From a virus: a stretch of DNA of 64,000 bases. The DNA lies in IMG/VR virus record IMGVR_UViG_3300032024_000295. One strand, given 5' to 3'. Numbering within the stretch: the first letter of the stretch is position 1; every line of letters begins with the position of its first letter. Both the position numbers and the translations under genes were made by a program. Below the pieces are notes generated by a model. That model was not told the origin of the DNA and did not search any database. It saw nothing but the letters and a program-made list of their open reading frames with translations. Shown in pieces: positions 37,498 through 46,876 of the stretch.

Positions 37498-37836
37498 CCA
37501 AAACTTGCCATTCATTTGCATAAACTCAGAGCGAGAGAAATATCGAGTCTTCTCATACTCATATACCATCAGTCGAATATCTTCGACTGATGGATATTCT
37601 TTAATCTCATAGCCTAATACATCTTCAATGCTTTTCTTCATAGATGAAGAAACAAATTGACTTCTATGTTCTTCATCCCAAATAGCAAATGACCAAATAT
37701 TAATATGAGATGGTTTTATCTTATCGATGAAAGTCTTAATTTTTTGAGTATGTCCAGTAAAGAAACCATCATCCCAATTGTTGATAATGGTTTCTTCTAG
37801 GTCAAGCCAAATAACAGGTGTTTGAGATTTAGGCAC
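37327..37836 (-). CDS. HAD-like phosphatase-fold hypothetical protein
   Basis: IWLDLEETII and LIDD motifs. Confidence 0.45.
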   Translation of the reverse strand: MPKSQTPVIWLDLEETIINNWDDGFFTGHTQKIKTFIDKIKPSHINIWSFAIWDEEHRSQFVSSSMKKSIEDVLGYEIKEYPSVEDIRLMVYEYEKTRYFSRSEFMQMNGKFWSFIKYGMLRNDEHIILIDDAVQHTTMDIVKRNVKITTLNVAFDIAYKGQCFPRSQF

Positions 37837-38005
37837 TTTTTATAACCTTAAACATTTGCTGAATAACAGGCTTTAAGACTTCAGTTTCTGGTAAGCCTTT
37901 AATCATATCTTCAAGTCGTTCAATTTCTAATATACGTTTAGCATGTGTCATACTACAATGCCATTTAGCACAAATGGCATTCAACTTTTCTTCATCGCTC
38001 ATATG

Positions 38006-38416
38006 TTATCTCGCTAGCGGCAAACCTTCTAATACAGCCATAAAATCAAGCTCGGCTTCAGAGTATGTTTCTTCAGCAGTGCCAGTTAGGATAGCTGCGA
38101 TTACGTCAGCCACCTTGTTGGTATACAATTTTTCAGGCACAATTACGCCGATGCTTGTCAATGCATTACCAATACCAGGCTAATAGAAAGTTGCCCATGG
38201 AAGACCCGACGCTTCAACATATGGCAACGCTGTTTCTAAATGCTCAGTCATACCACCGCTCAGGACAATCATGGTTTGGTGGTTTTCGGCCCAGTCCCAA
38301 AGTTGAGGACTGGCAGCTCTGTCGTATTTCACCATCATCGTATGAATGGCGTGTGCAGCCTGAATACCATTTTGGATTGAACTTAGATACATGTTGTTTA
38401 GAAAGTACGCTCTCAT
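38006..38416 (-). CDS. Peptidyl-tRNA hydrolase 2-like protein with in-frame TAG at 38180-38182
   Basis: QAAHA, IVLSG, FY*PGIGNALTSIG (family FxEPxxGxxxTxI); the frame continues 57 codons past the TAG. Confidence 0.65.
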
Positions 38417-38437
38417 TCTTTTGATACTCCAGTTTGA

Positions 38438-38817
38438 CTATCGTTCATATTTTTCCTTTAACCTTAAATACTCTAACTGTTCTCTGTCAGACGTTTCTTT
38501 AGCATAACGTATTCTTTCTTTCAGCGCTTTTTCTTCCGCCTTCCGTTTAGCTTCAGCAATCTCAGCACGTAGTTTTTCTTTCCAGTTTTCAGCCGCTAAG
38601 GTTTCGAATGAGATATTAAAATCGATTTCATGTTCATCATAACAGCCTCTACACCCAGTAGTCCAATGCATCTCAAACGATAAACTGTTGCTATCGAAGC
38701 CAGTAATCCCTATTGTGCCTCCTTGGTCATACTTCTCTTGGGCATACAACTCAGCAAACTCTATGACCTCTTCGCCAATCTGTGAAAACCAGGAAAGTTT
38801 TTCTCTGTTAGTTTCAT
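38438..38817 (-). CDS. Hypothetical protein; 5' end frameshifted at an A5 run (38798-38802)
   Basis: MKLTEK|KLSWFSQIGEEVIEFAELYAQ joins with one extra A. Confidence 0.55.
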
Positions 38818-39149
38818 AATCCTACAAACCTCATATTGCAACTTGAAGAGCAGAAGACGTAATTACTATCAAAGCGGGCTTCTGCTTCTAGGATTCTTTT
38901 ACCGCACTCATCACACTCACATATGCCGTCAAACTCTTCATAGAAGAGCTGAGGTGACTGTTGAGCAATTCGCCGATCGGGAAACTGTTTCACTGACGGA
39001 TCGACAATTCGACCATCAGGATATTCACACCACCATTGTTGTTGTTTGCTAGACCATGTTGTGCAATGGTAGAAGCCTCTAACCAATCGCAATTCAGGGT
39101 CATCATCACACGCTTCTTGAGACAACTCTTTACTCTTTACACTTGCCAC
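38814..39149 (-). CDS. Phage hypothetical protein (WWCxxPDGRIVDP)
   Basis: Cys-rich ORF; motif recalled from phage hypotheticals. Confidence 0.55.
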   Translation of the reverse strand: MASVKSKELSQEACDDDPELRLVRGFYHCTTWSSKQQQWWCEYPDGRIVDPSVKQFPDRRIAQQSPQLFYEEFDGICECDECGKRILEAEARFDSNYVFCSSSCNMRFVGL

Positions 39150-39197
39150 GATACTTCAAGTAGTCATCATTGTCATCATCTTCTTTAACTTGCTCAT

Positions 39198-39422
39198 TCA
39201 TTTGACCTTCAACTCCTCTTCAATCTTATGAAGATACCCGCAGACGGTTTTGTGAAGGGCCATTAGCTCTTTTTCAATGGCGCTCTCCCTGATGAAGGTT
39301 TCTTGATATTTTTTATCATTGGTTTCGGCATACATCCAAGCAAAAGTTGTTGCGGTTTGCTGGCGGCATTTTGCTAAATCTAAGATATGATTGGCAAGAA
39401 GATTACATGTATTATGTTTCAT
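39198..39422 (-). CDS. Hypothetical protein
   Basis: ORF in a co-oriented run. Confidence 0.5.
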   Translation of the reverse strand: MKHNTCNLLANHILDLAKCRQQTATTFAWMYAETNDKKYQETFIRESAIEKELMALHKTVCGYLHKIEEELKVK

Positions 39423-39487
39423 TGTTTAATTCCCATTCCGGTTCTTTCGGCTAAATCTTTAATCTTAGGAGTTATATTATATCACCT

Positions 39488-39742
39488 TTAGTTAAAATCG
39501 AACACACAAAAATGAATCATTAATTTATTTTTTAGCTCGTGTAAAGTTTGACGTTCTGACATTTCACATGATCCAAGTTGGGTGTTAATGACATTAAGAC
39601 ACTCCATTACCAGATTCTTAGCCAAGTTTTCTTCATTTAGCACTGTGTATTCATTTGATGTAGTAGAGCCCCAACAATCATGACTGAATTTTATTTCAGT
39701 ATCATATGATTTGTGAATCAATTTAAGCACTTCATAACTCAT
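39488..39742 (-). CDS. Hypothetical protein
   Basis: ATGA-coupled to the upstream ORF. Confidence 0.5.
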   Translation of the reverse strand: MSYEVLKLIHKSYDTEIKFSHDCWGSTTSNEYTVLNEENLAKNLVMECLNVINTQLGSCEMSERQTLHELKNKLMIHFCVFDFN

Positions 39743-40347
39743 AAAATCTCTCGTAAAATTAATCTGATATTCTTTTTATCAACATTATAAGACCAAACTC
39801 TGTCATCAAAATCCCAATCTTCTAATCCGTGATTATTCATCACGTCTTTTTCTAAGAACGTACCATCTCTAAAATCGATAATGTCAACTATCAGGTCATT
39901 CATTTTGCTCAATTTTGCCCATAGTTTTCTGGCGCCAAAGAATTGCGTTTCATCACCAAGAATATTAAACTTCAATTCTTTTATGAAATAGCGATACATT
40001 ATTAATGCAACTCCAATACCACGTAGAACACTTGGCACTTTAACGCCATCAACATTCATATAATTTTCTGGATGATTTGGTATTTTAGTTTTACTAAAGG
40101 TAATCTGAAAAATCTCTTCAAATTTAGTTTCATCGCCTTTTGAGACAAAATCTCCAACTATATAAAACTCACTAGTATCTATTTTGAATACCTTCTTTTC
40201 ACCTAAACTGGGGATTTTTACATTTCCAATTTGAGAATAATGAGTTTTTAAGACAGTTATTGATCTGTATGCAATGACCGTCTCCCCAAGTTCCCAATTT
40301 CCATAAGCCGCTATTGCATTTTCAGTAAGTAGTTCTCGTAATTTCAT
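39739..40347 (-). CDS. GNAT-like protein with MKLRELLTE leader
   Basis: VPSVLRGIGVALIMYRYF..GDETQFFGARKLW. Confidence 0.55.
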   Translation of the reverse strand: MKLRELLTENAIAAYGNWELGETVIAYRSITVLKTHYSQIGNVKIPSLGEKKVFKIDTSEFYIVGDFVSKGDETKFEEIFQITFSKTKIPNHPENYMNVDGVKVPSVLRGIGVALIMYRYFIKELKFNILGDETQFFGARKLWAKLSKMNDLIVDIIDFRDGTFLEKDVMNNHGLEDWDFDDRVWSYNVDKKNIRLILREIL

Positions 40348-40385
40348 TCTAATTATTCTCCAATCAGTATCTCATAAAACCATAT

Positions 40386-40595
40386 TTAGTTTTGATACTC
40401 TAGATTGTTAGATACGAAACACTCCATGCCCAAGTCTTCAATCACATCTTCGGCATCTCTTCGAGTAGTGAAGACTGCGACAGTAATGCATTTGGTCGTC
40501 GGCGTAATGTCGGCGTAAAGATTACGTCTGATTTGTTCGTCTTGTTCAACGAAGACTCTATTTGGTAAATCTTTTCTTCTTATAAAGAATGGCAT
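40386..40595 (-). CDS. Hypothetical protein
   Basis: ORF in a co-oriented run. Confidence 0.45.
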   Translation of the reverse strand: MPFFIRRKDLPNRVFVEQDEQIRRNLYADITPTTKCITVAVFTTRRDAEDVIEDLGMECFVSNNLEYQN

Positions 40596-40847
40596 TTTAT
40601 TTTATTCCAAAATGTTCATTGATAAGTTCGATATGACATCCCGTTTGAACGTATTGATGATTGACTGACGATGGAAAATTTCATGAAACTCTTCCAGTTG
40701 ATAGCGTGTTGTGTTGTGCTGTACTGTACTGTTCCGCATCTCTAATGATTTGTACTTCGATTCGTTCGAGCGCTTCATCAAGACGAGTATCAACAGTCTT
40801 CTTCAATTCTCTTGCGGATTGTGCGGTAATCATCTTAAAAACTCCTC

Positions 40848-41411
40848 TTAAATTATGAAGTAATTATACACTAAATCCCAGTAATATACACAGCCAAAAG
40901 CGTTAAACAGTTCAATTTCTTCAGCAGTTAAACCGAGTACGCGAGCTTTTTGGAGGACTTCATCTCGTTTACGTGCAAGCTCAGTCTTACGAGCTTCTTC
41001 AGCTTCTTTGACTAAGTCTTCTTTAGATGGAGCAACTACATTCATCGCGGTTCGAGGACCATACCATTTACCGCCAATCCTAATCATAGTGGCTTTTCTG
41101 ACGGTGGCATCTGAGCCTTGGACACCAGCTTTATGAGCCAATCGCAAAGCAGTTGATTGTTTCTCACAAGTATGTTGAGCAAATTGGCTACCACGACCTT
41201 CACAAAGGTCAGTGTTGTTATACACTACCCAGACATTAACCTCTTCTCCAGCGAAAGAAACTTGTGTTTCCTCTCTGACTAAGTCAATCAAATTTTTAAT
41301 AGCTGAATAATAACTGGTGCCGATTTGTGTATTGTCAAAGTTTTCACCAGTAAAACCTGCTCTGAATGCTAATTCTTTTACGCTCGTCAATATGATATTT
41401 CTTCGAATCAT
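40848..41411 (-). CDS. Hypothetical protein
   Basis: ORF directly downstream of the early promoter at 41431-41458. Confidence 0.55.
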   Translation of the reverse strand: MIRRNIILTSVKELAFRAGFTGENFDNTQIGTSYYSAIKNLIDLVREETQVSFAGEEVNVWVVYNNTDLCEGRGSQFAQHTCEKQSTALRLAHKAGVQGSDATVRKATMIRIGGKWYGPRTAMNVVAPSKEDLVKEAEEARKTELARKRDEVLQKARVLGLTAEEIELFNAFGCVYYWDLVYNYFII

Positions 41412-41430
41412 TTTCTTTAAATATGAGTCT

Positions 41431-41475
41431 ATTGTATACCGTTTTTCGATAAAGTAAACAGGAGAATGTGTTAAC
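41431..41475 (-). promoter_or_regulatory. Early promoter TTTACT-16-TACAAT with GTTAAC box
   Basis: -10 at 41431-41436, -35 at 41453-41458, GTTAAC at 41470-41475. Confidence 0.6.
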
Positions 41476-42245
41476 TACTTATCAGTTTTCACTAACTCTG
41501 ACCAATTGATAACCTTGATGATGCCATCCAATGTCTCAACGATGGCAGTGCAGCTCTCAACACCATCACCGCAATTGAGGTATCGCACATCATCAATCAT
41601 CTTATCAGATGCTACATGGATATGACCGGCGATAACACCGTCGAACTTTCGCTTCTTACATTCATGAGCCAAACTTTTCTCAAACGAGAATACGAATTCA
41701 AGTGCAGTCTTCACTTTGTTTTTCAGAAAGCCAGACAATGACCAGTAGCCATATCCAAATTTTGCTCTTGCCCAATTCAGGAGAGAGTTTAGCTCAACCA
41801 GAAAGTTGTAAAGGGTATCGCCTATATGAGCAATCCAGGCATGATATCTTGTAACAGTATCATACATATCACCATGGGTTACCAAAAACTTCTGCCCTTT
41901 GAGTGATAGGAATAGAAACTCATCGCTGATGTAGATGTTGCCAATGGTAGAAAACATGTCATTAAACTTTCGTAGAAACTCATCATGATTGCCAATCACA
42001 TAGTAAATCTTCGTGCCATTCTTAGCCTTTGAAAGAAGCTTTCTGATAGCATTGACATGTTTCTGGGGGAAGTGTGAATTACCTTTAGCAATCGCCCAAC
42101 CATCTATGATGTCGCCAACGAGATACAGGCTATCGCAGGTGAATGATGACAAGAAGTCTTGTAGCTCATTAATCTTACACGCTTTGGTTGCGATGTGAAG
42201 GTCTGAGAGGAATACGGTTTTGTAGTGAGTTTTTGTAGAAGTCAT
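41475..42245 (-). CDS. UDP-2,3-diacylglucosamine hydrolase-like metallophosphoesterase (LpxH/YbbF family)
   Basis: SDLHI, GDIIDGW, GNHD, HGD, GHIH. Confidence 0.85.
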   Translation of the reverse strand: MTSTKTHYKTVFLSDLHIATKACKINELQDFLSSFTCDSLYLVGDIIDGWAIAKGNSHFPQKHVNAIRKLLSKAKNGTKIYYVIGNHDEFLRKFNDMFSTIGNIYISDEFLFLSLKGQKFLVTHGDMYDTVTRYHAWIAHIGDTLYNFLVELNSLLNWARAKFGYGYWSLSGFLKNKVKTALEFVFSFEKSLAHECKKRKFDGVIAGHIHVASDKMIDDVRYLNCGDGVESCTAIVETLDGIIKVINWSELVKTDK

Positions 42246-42248
42246 AAT

Positions 42249-43283
42249 TTACTCAATATCCCAAAGTTTGTTGCTTAATTCTCGAATGGTATGGCATCCC
42301 TCATTCTTAGTAGATGTCAGCCATCGTATCACATGTTTAGCTACATTTGGAAATCTGGTGGATTTGAAATCATTATTTGATGATAACCATTTGTCTATCA
42401 CCTCAATAGACAATTTATCAACGGCCATCCCATACCCAAGTTTCTGAAGAGCTAGCGCATTTGAATGTTGCTCCATTTGACCTTCAACTGGTTTAACAAG
42501 TAGCTTCTTACCAAGATGAATTGACTCAGATGCTAACTCAAATCCCGCATTACAGATAACACCATAACAAGAACGTAAGTCATATAAGAAGTCATCTTTT
42601 GATATTGGCATAATTGAGACATTGTCTGAGGTAACTTTAGTCTCTCCTCGTTTATCATAGATGCGGAAGTTGTATTCAGGAAAGTTTGAGAATATTGTAA
42701 CCATCTTCTCAAGGTCTTCAAATGCAATATAGACGATAATCTTCTTCTCATCTAAATGAAGTGGAGCTAGTTGCTCAATGATAGGTGGCAGTATCGGTTG
42801 GTCAAAGTGTTGCCAATGTAATCCAATCCCTACATCAGCGGGGGCAAACCACTTCATGATAAAAGATGTCACGAAATTTGTATGAGATTTAGGAATATCG
42901 AAGTTGAAAGCGTATTGATGGCCCAAACCATAACACAACTTGTCTTGTATTCTAGCGGCCCATGAAGTGATTGGCTCATAATCTGAAATCACAAAATCGT
43001 ATTGTGAAAGATTTAGATGGTCAATATCTCGTAATAACTGACAGAAATCATTTTTGGTTATAGTTTGTAGAATATCTACTTTGCCATTAGAGATAGAAAA
43101 TGTCAATCCTTTCTTAAAGATTACATTCTCGCCAAATGGCTCCATATCAAAATAGTCGCTTTCTTCTCTTCCAGAAAATAAATATGTGACTTCAATCCCT
43201 GCCTTCTTAAACTCTTTAGCCATAATTCTAGAGCGAGTAAGATGACCATTACCTGTGCCTTGGACACCGTATAATATTTTCAT
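42249..43283 (-). CDS. MJ1255/VC2487-family GT-B glycosyltransferase
   Basis: MKILYGVQGTGNGHLTRSR, ISDYEPITSWAA, NAGFELASE, KP..GQMEQ.SNA. Confidence 0.85.
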   Translation of the reverse strand: MKILYGVQGTGNGHLTRSRIMAKEFKKAGIEVTYLFSGREESDYFDMEPFGENVIFKKGLTFSISNGKVDILQTITKNDFCQLLRDIDHLNLSQYDFVISDYEPITSWAARIQDKLCYGLGHQYAFNFDIPKSHTNFVTSFIMKWFAPADVGIGLHWQHFDQPILPPIIEQLAPLHLDEKKIIVYIAFEDLEKMVTIFSNFPEYNFRIYDKRGETKVTSDNVSIMPISKDDFLYDLRSCYGVICNAGFELASESIHLGKKLLVKPVEGQMEQHSNALALQKLGYGMAVDKLSIEVIDKWLSSNNDFKSTRFPNVAKHVIRWLTSTKNEGCHTIRELSNKLWDIE

Positions 43284-43416
43284 ATGTTTGTGTAACCCCT
43301 TTGTAATATTTCTTTCTCTCATAGAAAATGAGACCGAAGTCTCATTTTGTTTTTATAGTGCTAATGGATAAACTTCAATAATTGTACCATCTTCAGCTTC
43401 CCAAAAGCCAGATGAA

Positions 43417-43719
43417 TCAGGAATTAGAGTATTCACAGAATTCCATCAAAGTTTTTCGTTTAAAACGTGTAGCGATATCGCATAAGGAGCTACGGCCATC
43501 TAAAAAGACTGGCCGTAATTTGAAGAGCGGTATAACCCAAGAATAATCTCCTTTGGATACTATACCCGTCTGTTTGAATGTTTTACCATCGTGCTCAATA
43601 ATAAGGAGTTCTTTTGGTCCACGCCATTTTTCAAAATCAAATTCTACAAAAGCATAAATGCGTTTTGTATAATCTTGATAAATGTATTCGAAGATTTGTC
43701 TTTTATTCATCTTATTCAT
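43417..43719 (-). CDS. Hypothetical protein (start revised to exclude the tRNA)
   Basis: ORF-track start lies inside tRNA-Gln; MNKMNK begins at 43719. Confidence 0.45.
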   Translation of the reverse strand: MNKMNKRQIFEYIYQDYTKRIYAFVEFDFEKWRGPKELLIIEHDGKTFKQTGIVSKGDYSWVIPLFKLRPVFLDGRSSLCDIATRFKRKTLMEFCEYSNS

Positions 43720-43731
43720 CAAAGAGAGAAG

Positions 43732-43806
43732 TGGCGGGCACGGCTGGACTCGAACCCTCGTAATCGCGGTCAAAGCGCGATGCTACTACCTTTGGACGAC
43801 GTGCCT
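43732..43806 (-). tRNA. tRNA-Gln(UUG), degenerate D and T stems
   Basis: Anticodon arm TCGCG-CTTTGAC-CGCGA; acceptor pairs with a 1:72 mismatch; CCA encoded; T stem GAGGG/CCAGC mispaired. Confidence 0.65.
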
Positions 43807-43833
43807 ATATTTGATATGACACGTATAAGAAAT

Positions 43834-43907
43834 TGGAAGCGGAACTAGGAATCGAACCTAGATCGATGGGTTATGAACCCAACATGCTACCGTTAAAATA
43901 TCCCGCT
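43834..43907 (-). tRNA. tRNA-Met(CAU), initiator-like (GGG/CCC anticodon stem)
   Basis: CAT anticodon; CTAGG-TTCGATT-CCTAG T arm; A1:U72 pair; weak D stem; CCA. Confidence 0.75.
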
Positions 43908-43934
43908 TTTGAATTCGTAGATCACTTAATAATT

Positions 43935-44084
43935 CTAAACTAAAACTATTAAGTGATCTACGAACCTTTTTCCACAGTGTTTTTCTTTTCTCTTATACGT
44001 TACTTTTTTATCTTGTTCTACTTTCGGTTTGTTGAATTTACAACAATATTTTGCTACTAAATTCTGTTGTCGCTGGTTTTTCAT
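43935..44084 (-). CDS. Small basic phage protein (49 aa)
   Basis: MKNQRQQNLVAKYCCKFNKPKV..YKRKEKH; AGGAG SD. Confidence 0.55.
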   Translation of the reverse strand: MKNQRQQNLVAKYCCKFNKPKVEQDKKVTYKRKEKHCGKRFVDHLIVLV

Positions 44085-44114
44085 TTTACTTTCTCCTATT
44101 AGATTTCTTTTACA

Positions 44115-44474
44115 CTATTTATTTAACATTTCACGGGTTGAAATTTTACTGTTCCAATATTTTAATAATACATCTTTATTAAGTAAAACCCAATCATAGA
44201 TGTCATCTAATGAATTTTTACCTATTTTTTTAATAACATTTTCTTCTGTATCTCCAGCAACAACTCTCGGCTGAGCATCAATAGAAACTGAAAAGTTTTT
44301 ATTATCATCAAATCTAAGTGAGTTATCAAAATTCACTTTAATACTAGGACCAGCAGAATGTTTTTTAACTGAAACCCAAACGGTTTTATCTAAACCGGTG
44401 TCATGTTTTTGAAGATTAGACATTTCAAATAGATAGTCATCATCTTCTTCTCCAAACAGTTCATTAAGTTTCAT
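44115..44474 (-). CDS. Phage hypothetical (LFEMxNL..TGL family); paralog of 60510-60914
   Basis: MKLNELF..YLFEMSNL..DTGL..VWV..H..GPSIKV. Confidence 0.65.
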   Translation of the reverse strand: MKLNELFGEEDDDYLFEMSNLQKHDTGLDKTVWVSVKKHSAGPSIKVNFDNSLRFDDNKNFSVSIDAQPRVVAGDTEENVIKKIGKNSLDDIYDWVLLNKDVLLKYWNSKISTREMLNK

Positions 44475-44491
44475 TTGACTCTCTTCTTATT

Positions 44492-44566
44492 TGGACGTAC
44501 TGATGGGACTCAAACCCACATATAACGATTTTGCAGACCGCTTCATATTCATTCTGACACAGTACG
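44492..44566 (-). tRNA. tRNA-Cys(GCA)
   Basis: Acceptor CGTACTG/CAGTACG, U73, GCA anticodon, CCA. Confidence 0.85.
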
Positions 44567-44574
44567 AAAATCAT

Positions 44575-44650
44575 TGGAGCCCCGTGTCCGATTCGAACGG
44601 ACTACCTGCTCATTACAAGTGAGCTGCTCTACCAAGTGAGCTAACGGGGC
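44575..44650 (-). tRNA. tRNA-Thr(UGU)
   Basis: Canonical cloverleaf, all stems paired, CCA. Confidence 0.97.
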
Positions 44651-44667
44651 ATCATATACTTTATTTA

Positions 44668-44937
44668 TTAGATAGTGAAAGTCATTTCAGATAATGTGTG
44701 AGTTCGTTTCAGACTCTCACTAGCTTTTTCACTTTCACTATTTAACATTGATACTACTTCTAAAACATATTCATTTGAAAGTTGAATCGATTTCAATTCT
44801 TTCAATGATTCTAAATAGTCTTGGCTAGTGAAATAACTACTGCCTTCTAACTTACAACTATCAATCTTAACTTGTGGCCAAGTTGAGACTTCTCGTTGAG
44901 CTTCAGCTATTTGCTCGTTGAATGTTTTTCTGCTCAT
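44668..44937 (-). CDS. Hypothetical protein
   Basis: ORF between tRNAs. Confidence 0.5.
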   Translation of the reverse strand: MSRKTFNEQIAEAQREVSTWPQVKIDSCKLEGSSYFTSQDYLESLKELKSIQLSNEYVLEVVSMLNSESEKASESLKRTHTLSEMTFTI

Positions 44938-44960
44938 ATTGAAATCTCTTATTATTAAAC

Positions 44961-45035
44961 TGGCAGGCTAGTAGAGATTCAAACTCTAACCACACGGCTT
45001 TGGAGGCCGGTTTGCAATCGTAACACTTCTAACCT
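44961..45035 (-). tRNA. tRNA-Trp(CCA)
   Basis: Acceptor AGGTTAG/CTAGCCT, CGGC-CTCCAAA-GCCG, G73, CCA; TTTGAAT T loop. Confidence 0.85.
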
Positions 45036-45169
45036 AAATAAATCATAAGAATCATTAATGTTTCTTTTCTCTTAAGAAGAAACGTTTATATGTTATTGGA
45101 TCATCAACTATGTCAATACTGTTTAGTATTTTTGGTTCTAAGCTCATTTCATCTTCTCTATTATCAAAT

Positions 45170-45245
45170 TGGGGCGACTGGAGAGTTTCGATCTCTCTAC
45201 CTCCCGGTTCACAGCCGGGAATTCTCCCATTGAACTACAGTCGCC
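45170..45245 (-). tRNA. tRNA-His(GUG)
   Basis: G-1:C73 8-bp acceptor, CCCGG-CTGTGAA-CCGGG, CCA. Confidence 0.92.
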
Positions 45246-45253
45246 ATAAATCT

Positions 45254-45523
45254 TTATGAATCACTTCTTAAAAAACAAACATATGTTGCAGTTTGGTTAT
45301 ACGCATGAATGCTTCTTAGTTCAATACTAAGACCTTCGGTGCTAAAACCATCATTTCTTCTTGGAGCAGCTAATCCTAAATTACCATGCACTTGCTTTAT
45401 TTCTTCAAGAACTTTGATAAGTGCATCAATATTATATGCTCCAAATTCTGTCTGTTCTTCGTTTTCTTCTTTAAGAGTTGGAGTTGTAATTCCAGCAATT
45501 TTTTTCAGATGATTTAATTCCAT
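45254..45523 (-). CDS. Hypothetical protein, MELNHLKKIAG leader
   Basis: Start revised to 45523 because the ORF-track start runs through a tRNA-like element. Confidence 0.55.
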   Translation of the reverse strand: MELNHLKKIAGITTPTLKEENEEQTEFGAYNIDALIKVLEEIKQVHGNLGLAAPRRNDGFSTEGLSIELRSIHAYNQTATYVCFLRSDS

Positions 45524-45601
45524 AGCGTATAGTTCCTTAATTATTAGTGATAGGGTGTTTAAAAACTTATTTATCCCCTTATCACGCTTATCACGCTTAT
45601 T

Positions 45602-45685
45602 TGGCCTCCCTGCGAGGAGTTGAACCTCATGCCGTCCGCCCAATTCTAAGGATGGGTTTAGAAGACCCATATCGGGTTCAGGGAG
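45602..45685 (-). tRNA. D-armless tRNA-like RNA with UCU anticodon loop and long variable region
   Basis: Acceptor CTCCCTG/CAGGGAG, only 9 nt before TGGGT-CTTCTAA-ACCCA, 23-nt variable region, T arm, G73, CCA. Confidence 0.7.
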
Positions 45686-45889
45686 ATAATCACACACGTT
45701 TAAATCTTGGTTTTGTAACATTCGCTTTGTTGGACATACACTATAGCCTTCTGAATATCCCATCCGCAATTTATCAAAGCCTTCTTACATTCCATTACAC
45801 CTTCACCGGTCAATCGCCTTAGCTCTTGAACTATCTTATTCTGTTCTTGCGTAAATGTCATATGTAAATGCGTGTCTCATTATAGTGTG

Positions 45890-45958
45890 CGGCCCCTAGA
45901 AGAGTTGAACTTCTCCATCGGCGTTCGTAGCACCAAGTCCGAATCCGTCGGAGGGGCC
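45890..45958 (-). tRNA. tRNA-Arg(ACG), short atypical D arm, no encoded CCA
   Basis: Acceptor GGCCCCT/AGGGGCC, TTGGTG-CTACGAA-CGCCGA, AGAAG-TTCAACT-CTTCT. Confidence 0.7.
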
Positions 45959-46005
45959 TTAAATCAATTTTACTATCTCATCCATTATCCAAAACTATAC
46001 ACGCA

Positions 46006-46260
46006 TTAACTGGAATAAACTGTCAGTAAAACAAAGTCTTCACATTTACAGCAATATCCATCATCTCCGTAATCCTTTTTAAACTTTTTGAAGTAAGCCT
46101 CAAGCTTACTTTCGGCTTCTTCTACACTATTATATGGCCCTTCATCTAACATGTAATCATCATAATAAGGTCCATGAGATTCAATATCACGAAGCTCGCC
46201 ATTCTTTAACAATTTCCACAAATAACTTTTAGTCATAATATTCTCTACTGTTCGCAGCAA
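46006..46260 (-). CDS. Hypothetical protein
   Basis: ORF in the early operon. Confidence 0.45.
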   Translation of the reverse strand: MLRTVENIMTKSYLWKLLKNGELRDIESHGPYYDDYMLDEGPYNSVEEAESKLEAYFKKFKKDYGDDGYCCKCEDFVLLTVYSS

Positions 46261-46433
46261 TAAAGACCATAATCAACACCGTCACTATGTCCTTCACTAT
46301 ATGCTGCTTGCCGCCAGTCTTCCAATTGTTCCATTGTCAAACGAGCTGGTCTACATTGCAGCAGATAAAAAACTTGTTCAACTGTCAGGTTTTCAACTTC
46401 ACAATCTTGTCCATCAACATATACGGTAGTCAT
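46245..46433 (-). CDS. Hypothetical protein
   Basis: ORF directly after the promoter at 46472-46499. Confidence 0.45.
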   Translation of the reverse strand: MTTVYVDGQDCEVENLTVEQVFYLLQCRPARLTMEQLEDWRQAAYSEGHSDGVDYGLYCCEQ

Positions 46434-46471
46434 CTTTTCTCGCTCTCTTCCTGTTTATCAGCTATGGTTCT

Positions 46472-46522
46472 ATTATAACTTAATCTTCAAACTTGTACAT
46501 CATTGTTTTAGAACTAGTTAAC
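46472..46522 (-). promoter_or_regulatory. Early promoter TGTACA-16-TATAAT with GTTAAC box
   Basis: -10 at 46472-46477, -35 at 46494-46499, GTTAAC at 46517-46522. Confidence 0.65.
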
Positions 46523-46526
46523 AGTT

Positions 46527-46876
46527 TTACCAAGATACCATTATATCATAACGATATGCTTCTTCAGAAGGATTATCATAATCATCTAAACTGCCTAATC
46601 CACCACCTGGATTAAATGTAAAGTGTTTTACAGTAAACCCATACCCTTGATTTTTTAATTCTCTTTCCAGTCTCTTTTGAAACTCTGTCAAATCAGGTTT
46701 AAATTTATTATATCTTGGCTCTCCGCATTGAAACTTATCCCAGCTTCTGAAAGATTCAGAACACAAACACCTTTTTTGGCAGCTTCTTCAATCTTTTCGC
46801 CGGCTTTTTCAAGTAGAGCCTTAAATGCAGCATCACTTTCTTCGGCTATCTTTTTTGCTTCTCTGGCGGTAATCAT
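46527..46876 (-). CDS. Hypothetical protein(s); two overlapping ORFs (46688-46876 and 46527-46766), possibly one frameshifted gene
   Basis: ORF track; first ORF follows the promoter at 46908-46936. Confidence 0.35.
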
